A stretch of 64,000 nucleotides of DNA from assembly GCA_002633005.1 (NCBI GenBank), contig NMRA01000262.1, positions 6,902 through 70,901 of the forward strand, written 5' to 3'. This DNA is from Phoronis australis (taxonomy: Eukaryota; Animalia; Phoronida). Shown here in pieces: positions 1-13,640 of the stretch. Position numbers and translations under genes: made by a program. Each line of letters begins with the position of its first letter. Positions within the stretch are counted from its first letter, which is position 1. The notes below the pieces were generated by a model that ran no database searches, was not told where the DNA came from, and saw nothing but the letters and a program-made list of their open reading frames with translations.

Positions 1-444
1 TTGACTCACTTCAATACAAACGTCACGTGACAACAACATATGTGTTCGTCCAGATTTTTGCCGGGTGCGATCTAGCGCAGATTTTGACTTTATCTGCGGT
101 TAATCCCGACTCCGAGTCCACAGGAACTTAAGAATCTTAGGAAAGGCTATTTGGAAAACTTAAAAGAGGATTTGAGGTAATTTGAGTCGAAACTATTTTT
201 ACTCAAGAATTCAAGTTGTCCTAGCGACGATCGCGAAGCAGCGACGCATCAGTCGGCTAGTTTTCGCCCTGGGATTTCAGCACATTTTTTTTAAAAGATT
301 AACAACAGAGTTTGATAGCAATGCACCACAGTTTTGTAGAAAGTCTGTCATAGGTTACACATACGTCACAGCGGAGACTGGGTTTTAACTGCCGTAGGCT
401 ACAAAAAGCGTCCCCCTGGGCGCTAATTATTAGGGCAAATACGG
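1..444. mobile_element. Right-hand part of a Tc2/pogo-like non-autonomous DNA transposon (truncated by window edge)
   Basis: Ends ...TTATTAGGGCAAATACGG|TA, matching the right TIR plus TA of the complete copy at 33753-35250. Internal blocks (AAACGTCACGTGACAAC; TTTTCGCCCTGGGATTTCAGCAC) are shared with 34750-35100. Confidence 0.75.
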
Positions 445-1621
445 TAGCCCTAATAGATGGTGACATCAGTGCACGAAACGATGATTTTTATTTAAACTAT
501 TAGCAAGTTTGTGGTGACTTGCGCCAATGGCCGGGTGACTGAACTTCGGGCGAGTAAATTTTCTGGCTCCGGCACTCGCCCAGCTGGCGAGCAGGGTTTT
601 TCAAGACTAAAAGCCTGGGTAAATCCCTGACTTCCACACTTTTTCAAAAGAGGGAAAACTACTAAGGAATGGCTGAGGAGGGTAAAAGTCTAGTTGCCCT
701 AAGTATTGGTATGTTTTTGGAGATCGATTCAACATCAGACAACTTGATTTTTGGTAACGTTGATAAGTCTTTTGACCACACCACTTTGCAGGACGATGCC
801 ATGTTTGTCAAGGCGCCTCGTTTTCGATCAACACGACAGCAGCGCCCCGCGTTCGTGAAAGAGGTGAATACATGTTGTAAAACAACACATGGTAGAATGT
901 TGTAAGGGATGTAATCATCTTTTAAATTGATTTGAAATCATAAAACACAACAGGTTTTGTTGTTGTATAACTCTGGTCAAAACTAATTACTTCAAGAAGT
1001 CTATCCTATTCAACAATAGTCCCAAAGTAGTGTTTTTCAGTCACGAAATGTCCATTAAAGCGACTATAAATCTGCGCCTTCAATCACAAAAAACACTTTT
1101 GATTTAGATCACTTACAGTTATTAGTCTCAAAAATTTCCTTGGTATCACTTGAGAGGATTTCAGAGCTTCAGTAGAACTGGCAGTTGTCTATTGTGTGAC
1201 ATGAGACTCTACAAGGTACTAGTTTGTCATGTCAATTGACGCATCAAGCATCATGTCAAGTGATGCATCAAGTATCATCTCAACAAATAACTATCTTTGC
1301 AAGCCCAGAAATAATTTCACATCTGAGTAACAACAAGTTCAAACCAGTTTTACACTGGTACATACCACATGGCCTAAATCAAAATTTCGCTTCTTGAACG
1401 GAACGCAGGTTTATAATCACTTTAAAAGCTAACACCGAAAATGAGCCAACATTTCACAACATTTTCCTTGGCATACTTCTTGAAAATTAGCACAGAAGAT
1501 TTCTGCAAAAATGCACCAAAAGCTTTGAACAATGGTTACACTTTGGCCGAGGGGAAACCCCATCATAAGGGTTGACTAGCAGCCCAGTGTCTGGCAAAGG
1601 CCTGTTTCTCTCAACACTTAC

Positions 1622-1727
1622 ATCCTTCACAGTCGGACACTGTATTATTTTTCTCATCATTGTCACTGGCAAATTCAATTATGGTGTAGAGACGACATCC
1701 TCGTTCACAGGCAGTATTCAGATCTAT
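1622..1727 (-). CDS. TMEM59: TMEM59-like protein, coding exon 2 (106 nt, phase 0->1)
   Basis: Minus strand ttacag|ATA...GGA T|gtaagt encodes IDLNTACERGCRLYTIIEFASDNDEKNNTVSDCEG, matching the TMEM59 'ACxRGCRL...N-T..C' luminal motif. In frame with exon 1. Confidence 0.85.
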
Positions 1728-1893
1728 CTGTAATATAAACCAAACAAATTCAGTGATGGTGTAGAGAAGACATCCTCATTCACAGGCATTATTCATATCT
1801 ACCAGTAACATAAACCAAACAAATTCAGTGATGGTGTAAAGATGACATCCTCATTCACAGGCATTATTCAGATCTATCTGTAATACAAACCAA
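1681..1893. repeat. 75-bp tandem triplication covering the TMEM59 exon 2 acceptor and first ~47 coding nt
   Basis: Units start at 1681, 1756 and 1831 (ATGGTGTA.AGA.GACATCCTC.TTCACAGGCA...). Confidence 0.9.
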
Positions 1894-1999
1894 AACAGTA
1901 AACCAGTGCCTTATTTGATTATACATTTAAAACTCTGGCTCATTACAAACAACAAACTAAAGCATTGTTCAGTTTTCACTTATTCAGGTACAATGTTGT

Positions 2000-2160
2000 A
2001 TTTAGTGTTTGCGATACCAACCAATACATACATTTAGTGTAAAAGATACCAACCAATACATATATTTAGTGTTTGCGATACCAACCAATACATACATTTA
2101 GTGTAAAAGATACCAACCAATACATACATTTAGTGTAAAAGATACCAACCAATACATATC
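2000..2160. repeat. 32-bp minisatellite, ~5 copies
   Basis: Unit TACATTTAGTGT(AAAA/TTGC)GATACCAACCAATACA. Confidence 0.9.
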
Positions 2161-2879
2161 AATAGTCTCGTGTAAAAAGGTACCAGGTTGTTCTGCACGG
2201 CTTGAATGTCTCTTCATTTTAAGATCACTACGTGTCAACTTGAGAGTACTCGAGTATTACTGAACAACTTCACTCAAATTATCATGTTCACATTGATAAA
2301 AACTGCACTGCGCTAAAACAAAACACACTGACCAACCTTTATTGGTTGCTTTCAACTATTAGCAATCTTATTCACCAAAGATTAATTGATTTTTTCACCA
2401 ATTCTGTGACACAAGTTGTAGTTAAAGCAGAAAATGTGTGATTGTGAGTCAACAATAACAAACATTCTTTAAAATATTTATATACGTGGCAACTTTCACC
2501 TCCTGATTACTTTCATGACAACAAATTACACCAAAACACATGGGATTATGCATAATTCGAAGTTTAAGTACAACAATTCCACCCATTAGAAGTTTTGAGA
2601 TAGTTGCATCAGTCTTTCGATGGTCCCTGTTTTAATCAGTTTCATCCACTAACTGGAGGAGATAGTTCAACTAGCAATACACAGTAGAGAAGCAACAGAC
2701 AATAATAAGTCACAAAAACGCTACAGTTGAACATCCACCGACCACAGACACTGGCACAACTCAAATTCATACAAATATTAGCGACAAGACACAGAGTTCA
2801 CCAACGCCAGTGTTCAATCGTTCGTCATTCTGACAATAGAAGAAAACACCACTATCAAAGGATCGGTGCATAAACGTAC

Positions 2880-3029
2880 CTGAACATTTCTCACCAGAAA
2901 CTTGTTCTTACAAGAAGCCGTACATGAAGATGTGTCGTCTAGAATTCTATCAAAAATGTCTGCGGCGTAACATGAATAAATTGTGTAAAATAATAAAGCT
3001 ACCTTGAGCAGATACCTCTGCGTAGCCAT
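2880..3029 (-). CDS. TMEM59: TMEM59-like protein, coding exon 1 (signal peptide plus N-terminal Cys motif)
   Basis: MATQRYLLKVALLFYTIYSCYAADIFDRILDDTSSCTASCKNKFLVRNVQ|gtacgt. Hydrophobic signal peptide followed by 'FD.iL.DT.SC...C', as in TMEM59. 150 nt with a phase-0 donor. Confidence 0.85.
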
Positions 3030-4195
3030 ATTGCCATTTGTTATTTACAAAATATCGTAACATTCCGCTGACTCCTCGGGTATTTCCGTATCTTCAAATT
3101 TCTGCCTGAGTTTGCCACAGTCAAACCAAGGAGTGTAGTAGTTCAAAAACAGTCGGAGTAGAAACTGACCAGCCTCAGCCGCGGCGCACCATAGGGGGCT
3201 GTAGCCCCACGCCTTTTTCAGTGCTGCGCCGCCCATGCACACCTTTGGGAAGTTATTTCAGTACTAATAGTGCACGTGCATCGAAGTTTTAGAGGAGGCC
3301 CCCGAGGACCTACGTATCGCCACAGTATTCTCGCCTGTCTTGGCCGGGTGTTGGCCCCACACTGTTCAGTTTTCTTTTTTCTTGATGCACGCAGTAAATT
3401 TACGTTTAGTATTTCTACAACCTGAGACGCCCATTTATTGCCGAGACGGTTGTTTGATTGTTTTCATTTTTCCTTTATCAGAATCCGGAGTTCAAATTAT
3501 GTTCCCGCAAAACCTAAATGACTTGACTTTAAGTTTACTGTGAGTAAGCTTGAAGCGGCTTTGAAATCTGCCCTCGTCACGTGACAAAAAAAAAACTTTT
3601 CACTTAGACCACTTACCGAGTTGTCTTAAATTGTTCCTTAGTCAAAATAAGCGTAATTTCTGGACTTGGAAACCGTACTCGGTCAAAATTCGTTACACAA
3701 AGTTGAGACATGGGTCTTCGGGATGACTTAATTGTCACGGCATGTCAGAGGCGAGCTTCATNNNNNNNNNNNNNNNNNNNNNNNNNNNNNNNNNNNNNNN
3801 NNNNNNNNNNNNNNNNNNNNNNNNNNNNNNNNNNNNNNNNNNNNNNNNNNNNNNNNNNNNNNNNNNNNNNNNNNNNNNNNNNNNAAAAATGTTTATCTTC
3901 GAAAACGTTTTCCACTGAGCGCACCCAGGGGGGCTCGAGGCGAAGTGGGCAAAAGAGGTTCGCCCTTGAGAGACAAAAAGTCCGAGAAAATGGGACAAAA
4001 GTGCTCCCGTTTTTGTTTTTTTTTTTAGTCAGCCCGCTGTTTTGTTAGCAAAAGGTCCACGACGTCGAGAATTCGAGCACCCCATATTGAAGGCTGGGTG
4101 CACGCATGTTTTCAATTGTATATGTATAGACTTAACCTAATATAGCATACATTCTTTGAATCACAACGCATACCACAGAATTAAGAATATATTAC

Positions 4196-4341
4196 CCGTG
4201 GCGGATTTAGAGGGGGGCCAAGGGGGCCATGCCCCCCTAAAATTCCATTGGGCAGTTCGGGGGTGCGAATGTCTGACGGGAAAAATCCTGGCTTATACTC
4301 TGCCCTGGTAACCCTAACACAAAATTCTGGATCAGCCCCTG
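4196..4341. mobile_element. 146-bp MITE with 5-bp target-site duplication ATTAC
   Basis: ATTAC|CCGTGGCGGATTTAG...CTGGATCAGCCCCTG|ATTAC. Imperfect TIRs related to the element at 50277-51948. Confidence 0.65.
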
Positions 4342-4887
4342 ATTACATCATAAAATCTTTCATAATTTCCGTTTCAACACTCATCTTGGTTTTACGCCAA
4401 AGTTAAACTAGACAATGGACAACAAGCCTTGGACGTGTTTGTAGAAGAGTCCCATTGTTTCTAAATATGTCATATTGCCAAAGCGCTATTTTCTGTTTCT
4501 TTAGTAGCATTATGGTGTGAGCCGTGCGGAACGTTATTTTGTATCCAAAAAGAGACCCCAGCGCCGGGCCTCTCGGAAAGAGTAGTGGGGCTCTCCTATT
4601 GCCAGAGCGCCCTCGTTCGGCTATAAGCTTCTAATTAGGCATGATGTCGGCAGTTTCATTGTTAAGCGACGACACTTCTCATTAACAATGTACTCGAAAT
4701 ATTTTTAAAAGATCATAAATTGAGGAAATTCCGATATACTCGGCACAAACTTTACAGGCAAAACTGTTTCCAGTGGAGATTTTTTCAACCCTGTAAGTAA
4801 GAGCCCTTTCCTGACGCCTCAGTAAATTCAGACTCCGAAGTGAACATTGTAAGACGAGTTAACCAGAGCACATGTGACACCTAGTGC

Positions 4888-5048
4888 CAGTGCTGTCAAT
4901 GGGGCGTAGGCGCACGTACCTAGGCGCAGCCAACCATCTTTTGGCATTTGAACGTAGCGCCTACACACCGTAAGTTACGTTCAGAGCTCGAGGGGATGTG
5001 GTGGTCTTTGGGCGCCTATTTACCACTAATTTTACCACTACAGCACTG
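4888..5048. mobile_element. hAT-type MITE (161 bp), 8-bp TSD CCTAGTGC
   Basis: CCTAGTGC|CAGTGCTGT...ACAGCACTG|CCTAGTGC: 9-bp perfect TIR starting CAG and an exact 8-bp TSD. Confidence 0.85.
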
Positions 5049-8000
5049 CCTAGTGCCAGTTTGGAGAATTGCTGCTACGCATTACTTGCAGCTCTCTTTA
5101 CGAAACGTCAGCCGGGAATATTTTTGGTTTAAGTAGCAGACGCAGGAGGCTCAGTACTGAGTACATGTATAGTCAATTGTGTTTGGAGAATATTCCATAA
5201 ATTTGGTTTGTCAGTCTGTCTAACTTATCCAAGTGATGTAAAAAGCCCCGTTGCCCAGTGTAAACCAGCTTATAGATACGTACGCTAAACCAGCGTGTCA
5301 AGACTAAGTCACTAGACGGTGAGCATAGTAGAGTACTGCGCATAAGTTACGTCCATTACATCACTGATCTCGTTTGTTAGGAGCTTCTCGTAATGTGTGC
5401 TTAATTTGAGCAAACAATCCGTTATACTGCATGCTTTCTTACACAACAAAGCGCATTAGAAAGAATTGCGAAGATAACACAGGAACTTTCGGTATTTGTC
5501 AATACCATCAATCATTTCTAATACGAGATACGGATATGTAAGACCATAGAAAAAAGTCCAAATTTGGCCAACTCTGGCAGATCTAGACCATAGGTTGAAC
5601 ACAACATATCTCACCAATGGGTAATCAGTTCCATAGGAAATGTTCAGACTACTGTTTTATGCACAGCTCTGCAAAACTCTGTTGGATCTTGGTTTCAAAA
5701 TGTTTCACTTTTCTACGAGGAGTTTTCAATAAAGGATTTTTATTTCGCGAAAAAAACAACAAAAGGTGCATAAACGAGAACGAAATGATAATTTAGACAA
5801 CTGTAATGAAGTTTTTGAGGTTTGATCTTGAATATTTGCGTCAACTAAAATTTGGTCATGTCATTGATGCCATTTTGTAGTTTTGCTATCAATGTACCTT
5901 TCTCTTTTCTTAAAGTTTACTTATGAGACATGGCCATGCGACTCAATTAATGGGAGAACAAATCTACAGGCTTTCTACTTTCAAAAAATATTATGTTTTT
6001 ACAGAGTTAAAATATATAATTTGTGTATATTCAACTAGTCGATAAGGTGCTACAAACTGACTTTAATAACGTAAGGCAAGTGGTTTAATCATAAATTTGT
6101 AGATGATTTTATAGCAGTTTTAATAAGATAACGTGCAGTCAATAGCAATGGTGTCATGATAGCTAACGGGGCGTGTCCTGCTATACGTCATTACCTTGTT
6201 TCCGTTGATGCGATCTCCTTTGAAATGGGGCTAGTCTTCATACATCTCTTTCTCTGTATTTTATTTAAAGGTTAATCTCGTCTTATTTTGATCTTGCCAG
6301 GAGATGAGACAAGGATATTCTATATTCTAATGGTAATCTACTCTGTTCTTACTCTTTGGCGGACGAGTGACTCAGCCACCATTTGACAAATTTTGCAAGA
6401 AGAGTTTCTCCCAATCTAAATTGTGTACAACATATTTTCACACATGTATTTTGAATATGATGGCAAACATAAAATCTTTCTTTCGAATAAACTAGTAGCT
6501 ATTATTGTCGATTAATTAAGAATTAGTCTAGCCTTCTGCAATATTGACGATAGTTCTTTTTCTTTGATTTCAATAAAATTATAACTGATGAAGCGAATCG
6601 TACAAATCAAAATGAGACGGAAAAGTGTCTCGAAATATTTCCATTCTAACTGTGTGAAGGTCACGACGGTGGTTAAAAAATTTGCTCAATTGGCAATAAG
6701 GCGCACATGCCCAACTTTTGGAACCGTATTATGGAAATTAAAACGTGCAAAGTACTTGTGAGAATATTATTGTCTTTCTAAGGAAATTCCCTGGCAAGAA
6801 GGAAAAGACAAAGTCATGAAATGTAGGGTCTTCAACACTTTCGCACTCACCGATTCGTACGGCCATAATTTTAGAACCGTTATTGAAATATTGCGTGATG
6901 TTTTATTGTTTAAACATTACAGGAAATTAATTTGAAAAATAAAATTGTAAAAAACGAAGGTGAATTCGATAACTTTGATGTATTCACGATTAAATAACGT
7001 TAAGTTTTGTGTCATTTGGAACTGAATTAGTTGATCATTATGCGAGCTTTCTGTCGATGAACAAAAACATGATGAACATATGCAAAATACACGTCATAAC
7101 TGGGTGACTCATAGTGAGAGAAATCCTTGCGTTTCATACACCAATGCTTACAAGTAAAAAAATGTAACCCGATTCCACCACCTTGAACATAGACATATTT
7201 GTGTGCTCGCCTGAACTTACAGTAGCATGACATAAATAAACCCCCGGAAATTGGACCCCTTGATGGTAGGCACAGTTTGCATTCAGAAACACTAGTCACG
7301 GATCTATAGAACTCAACTAGTAAACAACAATTGCACGAGTCAGTTTCAGTTTGTTTCATGTTTGTTTTTTAAACTGCCTGTCTGGCCTTCCTTCAATTAA
7401 CAAAAGCAAATTTTGATTTAGACGATATAAATTAGTCTTAAACTGTTCTTTAGTCTAAGGTGTGGTTTCCGGATTTAGAAAGAACCGACAGTTAATTATT
7501 GCTGCAGATTTCTCTACACTGTCTGGTCACGATTGTCATTTTACAATTTTATTCACAAAACATGGGTTCGAGCAGTAACAAACAGTCAGTTTTAAGCAAG
7601 ACCATGCAAAGATTACTTTTAGTCATCTGAGCCAGTAAGGTCATGTGGTCAAGCTAAATCAAAAGTTAGTTTCTTCGACGACGCGCGGCTTTATATGAAA
7701 TGTATTCTGAACTGCAGGGCCTAATTTAATGACAGGATGATGACTGCAAACTAGTAGGTTAGAGGCGTACACTCAACTGAAATTAAACTCCCGCCAGTAC
7801 TTTTTTGTAGTGTTACTGCATGGACTCTTTAACGTTGTCAGGGGCCGAAGATACGTTATCGAGTACGGTCAAACTCCCCCCTCCAGGTAAATTGTATGTA
7901 TTCCCGGTCGCCACTCCCAGGTTTCGCCTCTGCCTGGGACACGTGCCCCTCTCCACGTACCCGACCCCCTTTCACGGTCACTAAGACTGAGGCTTTGAGT

Positions 8001-8339
8001 CCTAAGTTCCCTGAAGTACGGTCCCGTGCGAGACAGTTCCCCGACAGACGTTAGCACAACTTTCTAACGCTTACAAACGGAGTCGATACAGACTGAGCAA
8101 GGCGTTCAGCCGCCAGCTGGTCCGCGACGATGACAGCCTCTGCTGCCCCGTCCAGTTGAGGTCCAAGGGTGCACGAGGAAGAGCTGGTATAGACAATGTT
8201 AATATTCCACTCAATGTTTCCATAAAACAAGAGCCGACAGTCACAAAACTCAATAAAGTTGCAGTGCCGGTGGCTTTTGCGTCGCGGTGCATGGATTTTC
8301 TCATGCAGAAAGTTTTTATTTTGTCTCTATTGACTCAAT

Positions 8340-8520
8340 ATTGATATGCAATGAAAAGCTGATTGGTTGAATTTGCGTTTCGTCATGACAACCTTTGTAG
8401 AGGGTAATTCATTGGGTCAATAGAAACCACGTGACCACAGGTTCTCGGATCTTAAATTCAAACATGGCCGTCGTTCAAGTTTCTGTGCCAGGATGGTTTG
8501 AAACGAATTAGTATTTTGAA
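8340..8520 (+). promoter_or_regulatory. Putative CDC14 proximal promoter
   Basis: Inverted CCAAT boxes (8362, 8411), E-box CACGTG (8428), YY1-like AACATGGC (8461), CHR-like TTTGAA (8497) and RFX-like half site CATGACAAC (~8384), all 230-380 bp upstream of the ATG. Motif-level evidence only. Confidence 0.4.
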
Positions 8521-8734
8521 TCTTAACGTTTTATTTTCATAACTAAGGCCACAACTTAACTCTCTCAAGGGTTTACGGTTTATCATATCCGAAGCTTGCC
8601 ATTCTACAGCGATCACCGACTTCTTTTTGCAGGGGGGTAAACTTCGGACCAACGTTGCTGTTGATTTGGTCCGAACGTAAACATTAGAAGTGCCCGTTGA
8701 AATCTGGGACACAGGTCGAATTCATATTGAACGA

Positions 8735-8798
8735 ATGGGACCCCAGAGTATGGCAGATGAAGATGACATCATTGGAAGTGCATCAGAGTTTATCAGAG
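8735..8798 (+). CDS. CDC14: CDC14 phosphatase exon 1 (MGPQSMADEDDIIGSASEFIR; alternative ATG at 8750)
   Basis: ATG...AGA G|gtagga. Phase 1, joining exon 2 to give '[12 protein letters not shown]', typical of the CDC14A N-terminus. Confidence 0.88.
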
Positions 8799-9004
8799 GT
8801 AGGAACTATTGAAATAAAGCAGTCTTAATTGAAAATGAAACCCAGTGCCGTGACCCTGACATAGCCCGTGTTGGCAGCTACCCGGGCTCACTTTGCACTG
8901 ACTGGCACTTTATCATTTTGAATTACTATGATTAAATATGAATCGTAGATTGTCTTTCATCACCAGAATCATCCCTCATGTATCCTTTGTCAATCTGTTT
9001 TCAG

Positions 9005-9095
9005 ATCGCCTCTACTTTGCTACGCTTAGAACTAAGCCACGCTCTACTGCTCACACTCATTATTTTTGCATTGATGAGGAGCTGATATATGAAAA
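9005..9095 (+). CDS. CDC14: CDC14 exon 2 ([31 protein letters not shown])
   Basis: tttcag|...AA|gtaagt, 91 nt, conserved N-terminal DSP domain sequence. Confidence 0.95.
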
Positions 9096-9332
9096 GTAAG
9101 TGACAATTTATTTGGCTTACTGCCAAAAGTTGCCTGACTGACTACAACATGTCTCATTCACATTTACCCAGGAAACTGACCTAACATGCAGTAACTATTC
9201 ATTCCTTCAGTATGTTTAGTGATATGGAGTCAACGCTGTCTATTATTGTGGCAGTTAATAGCTGTGTCTTTTAAACTGAGATAAATCTAAAAAAATATTG
9301 CAAGGAGCAACAAGCCACTAATTTCTCCTTTT

Positions 9333-9430
9333 CAAATGCTTCATAATTATAAATGCTTCATAATTATAAATGCTTCATAATTATAAATGCTTCATAATTA
9401 TAAATGCTTCATAATTATTTATAAATGCTT
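9333..9430. repeat. 17-bp tandem repeat, ~5.5 copies
   Basis: Unit AAATGCTTCATAATTAT. Confidence 0.9.
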
Positions 9431-10701
9431 AGAATTTTGCTACACATAAAATGACAAATACTTGACAGTGCTCTAAAGCAAGTAAATTTTTCTTCAGCAA
9501 TGCTCCTCAGTAATGTATTCTTGTGTAGAAATTTGACGCTACACAGTTTTTCTGCATGAACATCAGGCTGCAATATAATTTAGTAGTCTGTTGTCTGTTG
9601 TCTGTTGTCTGTTGTCTCATATACAGTGTGTAATGAGCCTGTACTCATTTAACCATGTTGAGGTCTTGCCAAGTATGGAAGACGTTATTTTTTGTTTGGC
9701 TGCGGATGTAAGAATGGCTTGAACTAAATAAATTGAAATATTAAATTGAATTGTTGCAGGATATGTTCATGGATAAGATAAAATTAAAGAAATTTATGTC
9801 TAGACAGACTCGCCCTGGTATTAGAGAAAACATTAACATACTTCATAAACCTTTTAATTTTGATGTTGGAAATAAGTCTGAAGTGACACAGAACAATAAT
9901 TTTCTTCATTTAATTTAATCGTAAAATCCTCCTTTGGTGACATTTGGCAACTAAAAGTGAGAAATGCCTGTCTGCTCTTACAATTATGTCTACCGTTTTG
10001 TAACAAGTTTCAAAAATCACCTGCACAATGCAATGAGGAAGCCTCACTTTGACATTCATTTGTTTGTCTTCTGGAATATATGCTCTAAATACTTAAAATT
10101 TGACTTCCATATGCTTTTTTCTTGTCTTTCGCTCTTTCATAAAATGAAAATTTATTGCATACACTCCAGTGTATATTGTCGTCTGCTCAAACTTTTTGCC
10201 ACTTTGATTGGAAACAATGATTTGACTTTATGTTTGCCAAACTCATTCTGGAAGATCGTTCCTGGACAAAGATCTAACCGTGCATCTAGCGTTTATTTTA
10301 GATGTTTATTAATTAATCTGTCTGTTTCTACGTCACATAAACAAACAACAATCAGTAACCTGGAATTGCACCATTTACGTTTCCTGGCCATGTCTCTCCG
10401 TCACGTCAATGTTTTGTTCATTTAATAAAACTGCAAGAAAAAGCTCACTAGGTTGAATTGCAACTGTGCATGGAAAACAGTGTGTTAAGGGATCTTTGCA
10501 CTTTGTTATTACAGAATTCAAGTTGTAGCAGTAGGAACAGAAACTAATTAGTTTCTAGTGTTTTTGGATCTGAACTCAAATCTTCACTAACAGTGATTAA
10601 GACTTTTTGTTGGGGAAAATATTAAGATTTGTTGTTAATGGCGTACTGGTAACTTCTAAATGGGCTGCCTGTAACTCAACCAGTTGTTCTTTATTTTTCA
10701 G

Positions 10702-10777
10702 CTTTTATGCAGACTTTGGTCCCCTTAATTTAGCTCAGTTGTACCGATACTGCTGCAAGTTGAATAAGAAACTAAAG
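10702..10777 (+). CDS. CDC14: CDC14 exon 3 ([25 protein letters not shown])
   Basis: tttcag|...AAG|gtaagt. Contains the FYADFGPL signature. Confidence 0.97.
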
Positions 10778-13640
10778 GTAAGTCAGCCGCCTCATTAATC
10801 CTGTCTGGCTTGAAATAATGAACTGCTGTAAAATGTCACCAAGTTTAGACAAAATAATAGCCAAAATTGCTTTTTTAGTTTTCAATGGCTTCTACTATCT
10901 CTGTTGTTGCCCATAATTTTCAAAATGTTTTTTATTTTAGCTATGTTACAGGACTTGTAAATCGTAAAGCAATATGTTGATTGCACTTGTTTTAAAAATT
11001 ATTAGTAAACACAGTTTGACAAGTTGGTGATATTCTGCCCTAAATTGGTGAATGTACCAACCTTCCTGTAGTTAGTTGTTCCTTTCCTGTGTTGCATTTT
11101 TTCATAATTCAAATAGTTTGCTGTTAACAATCAAAATTGGTGTATGATATTTATTTTGTAAATGAAAGCTCTGTCTTAGTATTAGGTTCGAGAAGAGTTG
11201 CCTTTAAATGACTTAATTGTCTGACCACTGAATGACCACAACTGCCTGACAATGGAATGACCAGAAATGTCAGACCAGTGATCTTTTGAGGATGCTGGTT
11301 TGAACTAATCAAAAGATTTTGTCCCTGACACTATGGCCGTCTAGCCTTTGCCTATGCTGCGGTTTGCAGTTCCGAAGCTTACTGCTTCCTGTGGCCTTGC
11401 ATATGCCAAATTTATTGTGGAAAACTTAAAACAGGATGGAAAGAATTTTGGTTCAACGTAGTTGTATACAATTTTACATGAGATTTGTTCAGTTTTAGAT
11501 AGTCTTTTCATGCCTAGGGTTAATCGGCTACATTAAGAGAACGTTCACTTACAGTAGGGCTATAACACTTAAACAGTTATTTGGTAATAAAAGAACTTTA
11601 TGAATTGATGTGGCTAACAGCTGTTTGGAAATTCTATGTAATTTGTTGGCAATGTATTATCAAACGGTCAATGGCTGGTTGTTGTCTCACAGAGCTGATA
11701 TCCTTCTAAGCGTTATCGAGAAAATCCTGGCAACTGTTGGGTACCACTAAGGCGTTTGTGTATCTGAACAGTCCTTAAAATTTAAACACTCATGCAAACA
11801 AATCTAATCTGTGGTTTACTGTTTCTTCTGAGGTCTTATCGTCAGCGATAATCGTTGATGTAAAAATATCATAGAACATCGTGGAGTACTTAATTAATTG
11901 CAATTGGTAGAAGTGTGTAAAACCTTGGTGATGTTAGTAAAGTGGGTCAAATGTGACATGGCACGAGTAGAATTGGGTTATGGAATTGGTTTTATCAAGT
12001 AAACATCAAGATTGGTTAATAATCATTCATGTTTTGTAGTTACTCCTTATGGTGTTGGCTTGTTTTTATTGAATTAACTTTCCTGTGTTCTGCATAGCTA
12101 TCACAGGTAGATGGTATTAGTGCATGTTACATTCAACTTTACTGTAATGTGCGTACTATCACAGGTAAACTTAATTTTGATTTAGGGGAATTTCCACTGT
12201 AAAGCTAGTCTCGGTTTTTCCTTCAATTCAGATAAAAAGTGATTTCTTTGCTTGTAAAGAGCTGGCAGTTGCGTACAGCTTCAGACCATGACAGTTGCAT
12301 GAAATGACCAGACTGGATAACTGACCAGTCACCTTCATCCGTTTGATCTCTATGAATAATGAACGGTCAGATCTTTGAATAACTCAAATATCACCTTTAG
12401 GTAATGTGAATAAATACCAACGGGACTAATGTTGTCGACTATTGTCAGTTACTCATGACTTTGTGTGTAACTTGTCCAGTCATTCAAGTTGATATAAAGT
12501 TTAATTCTCCTAACTTGTTATTCACTCAATATGCTTACCATCAACTTTAAAATGTCATAATTTCGTTTTTTACAACAACTCACAAAATTCTGCCATTGCT
12601 GGAAAAAAAAACCTTTTCAGGTGAATGGGGGCCTTAAAATTGGACAATTTTTATTGGAAAAATGCTTACTGCTTTTCATACAACTTAGTGGAACTGGCAG
12701 TGTTTAGAAATGTTATGATTTTGTTCGGTTAAGTTTTAACTTGTGACAATGTGATGATGGATTGTTCTATTTCTGGTTGTTTGAACTGGACATGGTAGTT
12801 TTGTTCACATCGCAGTTGTCATCTAAAATCTAGAAGGGGGTTACAGTCTGTTGCACGCTCTTTTTTGTTTACAGCTACTTAGTGGTGTTTATCCTATCAA
12901 CCAGTCTCTACTGATGTTGACTCAGTTGTCATGTAAGCTGTGCAGACTGTCATTTGGTTCTATAGAGTATTTACTTTGATCTAGTTGAACATCTGATAAC
13001 TGGTGAACTTATACCTGTGGAAGGGTATTGCCTCTTCTGTAGCTGCCTGACTGGTTCCTAGAGAGACAGATGGAAAATATGGCCAACTGCTTGTGTTGAG
13101 AAATACTCCGACTGTCTATTCCATGATGACGCATAAATTCAAGCCTAACAAAACTCAAATTTTTGAGTTCAGACTCCAACAGTCCAACTTATAGCTTTAG
13201 TGCTGGGGTCGTTATTTTCAAACTAGGAGCAGACTGTTGTCCATCTAAATCACAATGTACGCTAGCAGGGAATTATAGACATATCTTGAATTCGCCCAAA
13301 AATAAAACGGAAATGGCAAAAATAATTTCGAGTTCAATTTCGAGTACAGTGAGTAAAACAGAGGCTCAGGTGTGGATACACATTGTGGGCCGTAGACCAC
13401 TGAACTTACGTGAGACGCGTGTTGAAAGTTAAGCAGTCATATTACGTGGAATTTGACAGTTAAAACCATGTGTCAAACGGGGCCAATTTGTGAGTCGAGT
13501 CCATTTGAAAAGGTGGTTTTGGTCCCTGATGTCAAACAGTTGGAGAGGTGCTGACACGCAGTGTTTCGGGATCTGACCACTGTGCGTATCTCGGGCCAAG
13601 TATGTTGGTCTTCCATCAAGTTTGTTTTTTTTTTATTTTT

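Noticed and set aside
5431-5491. MLSYTTKRIRKNCEDNTGTF as an alternative first exon
   Set aside because: Phase fits but the donor (G|gtattt) is weak and there is no recognisable homology.
6588-6761. ORF MKRIVQIKMRRKSV... as a CDC14B-like NLS first exon
   Set aside because: No phase-1 donor with a reasonable consensus to join exon 2, and the similarity is only 4-5 residues.
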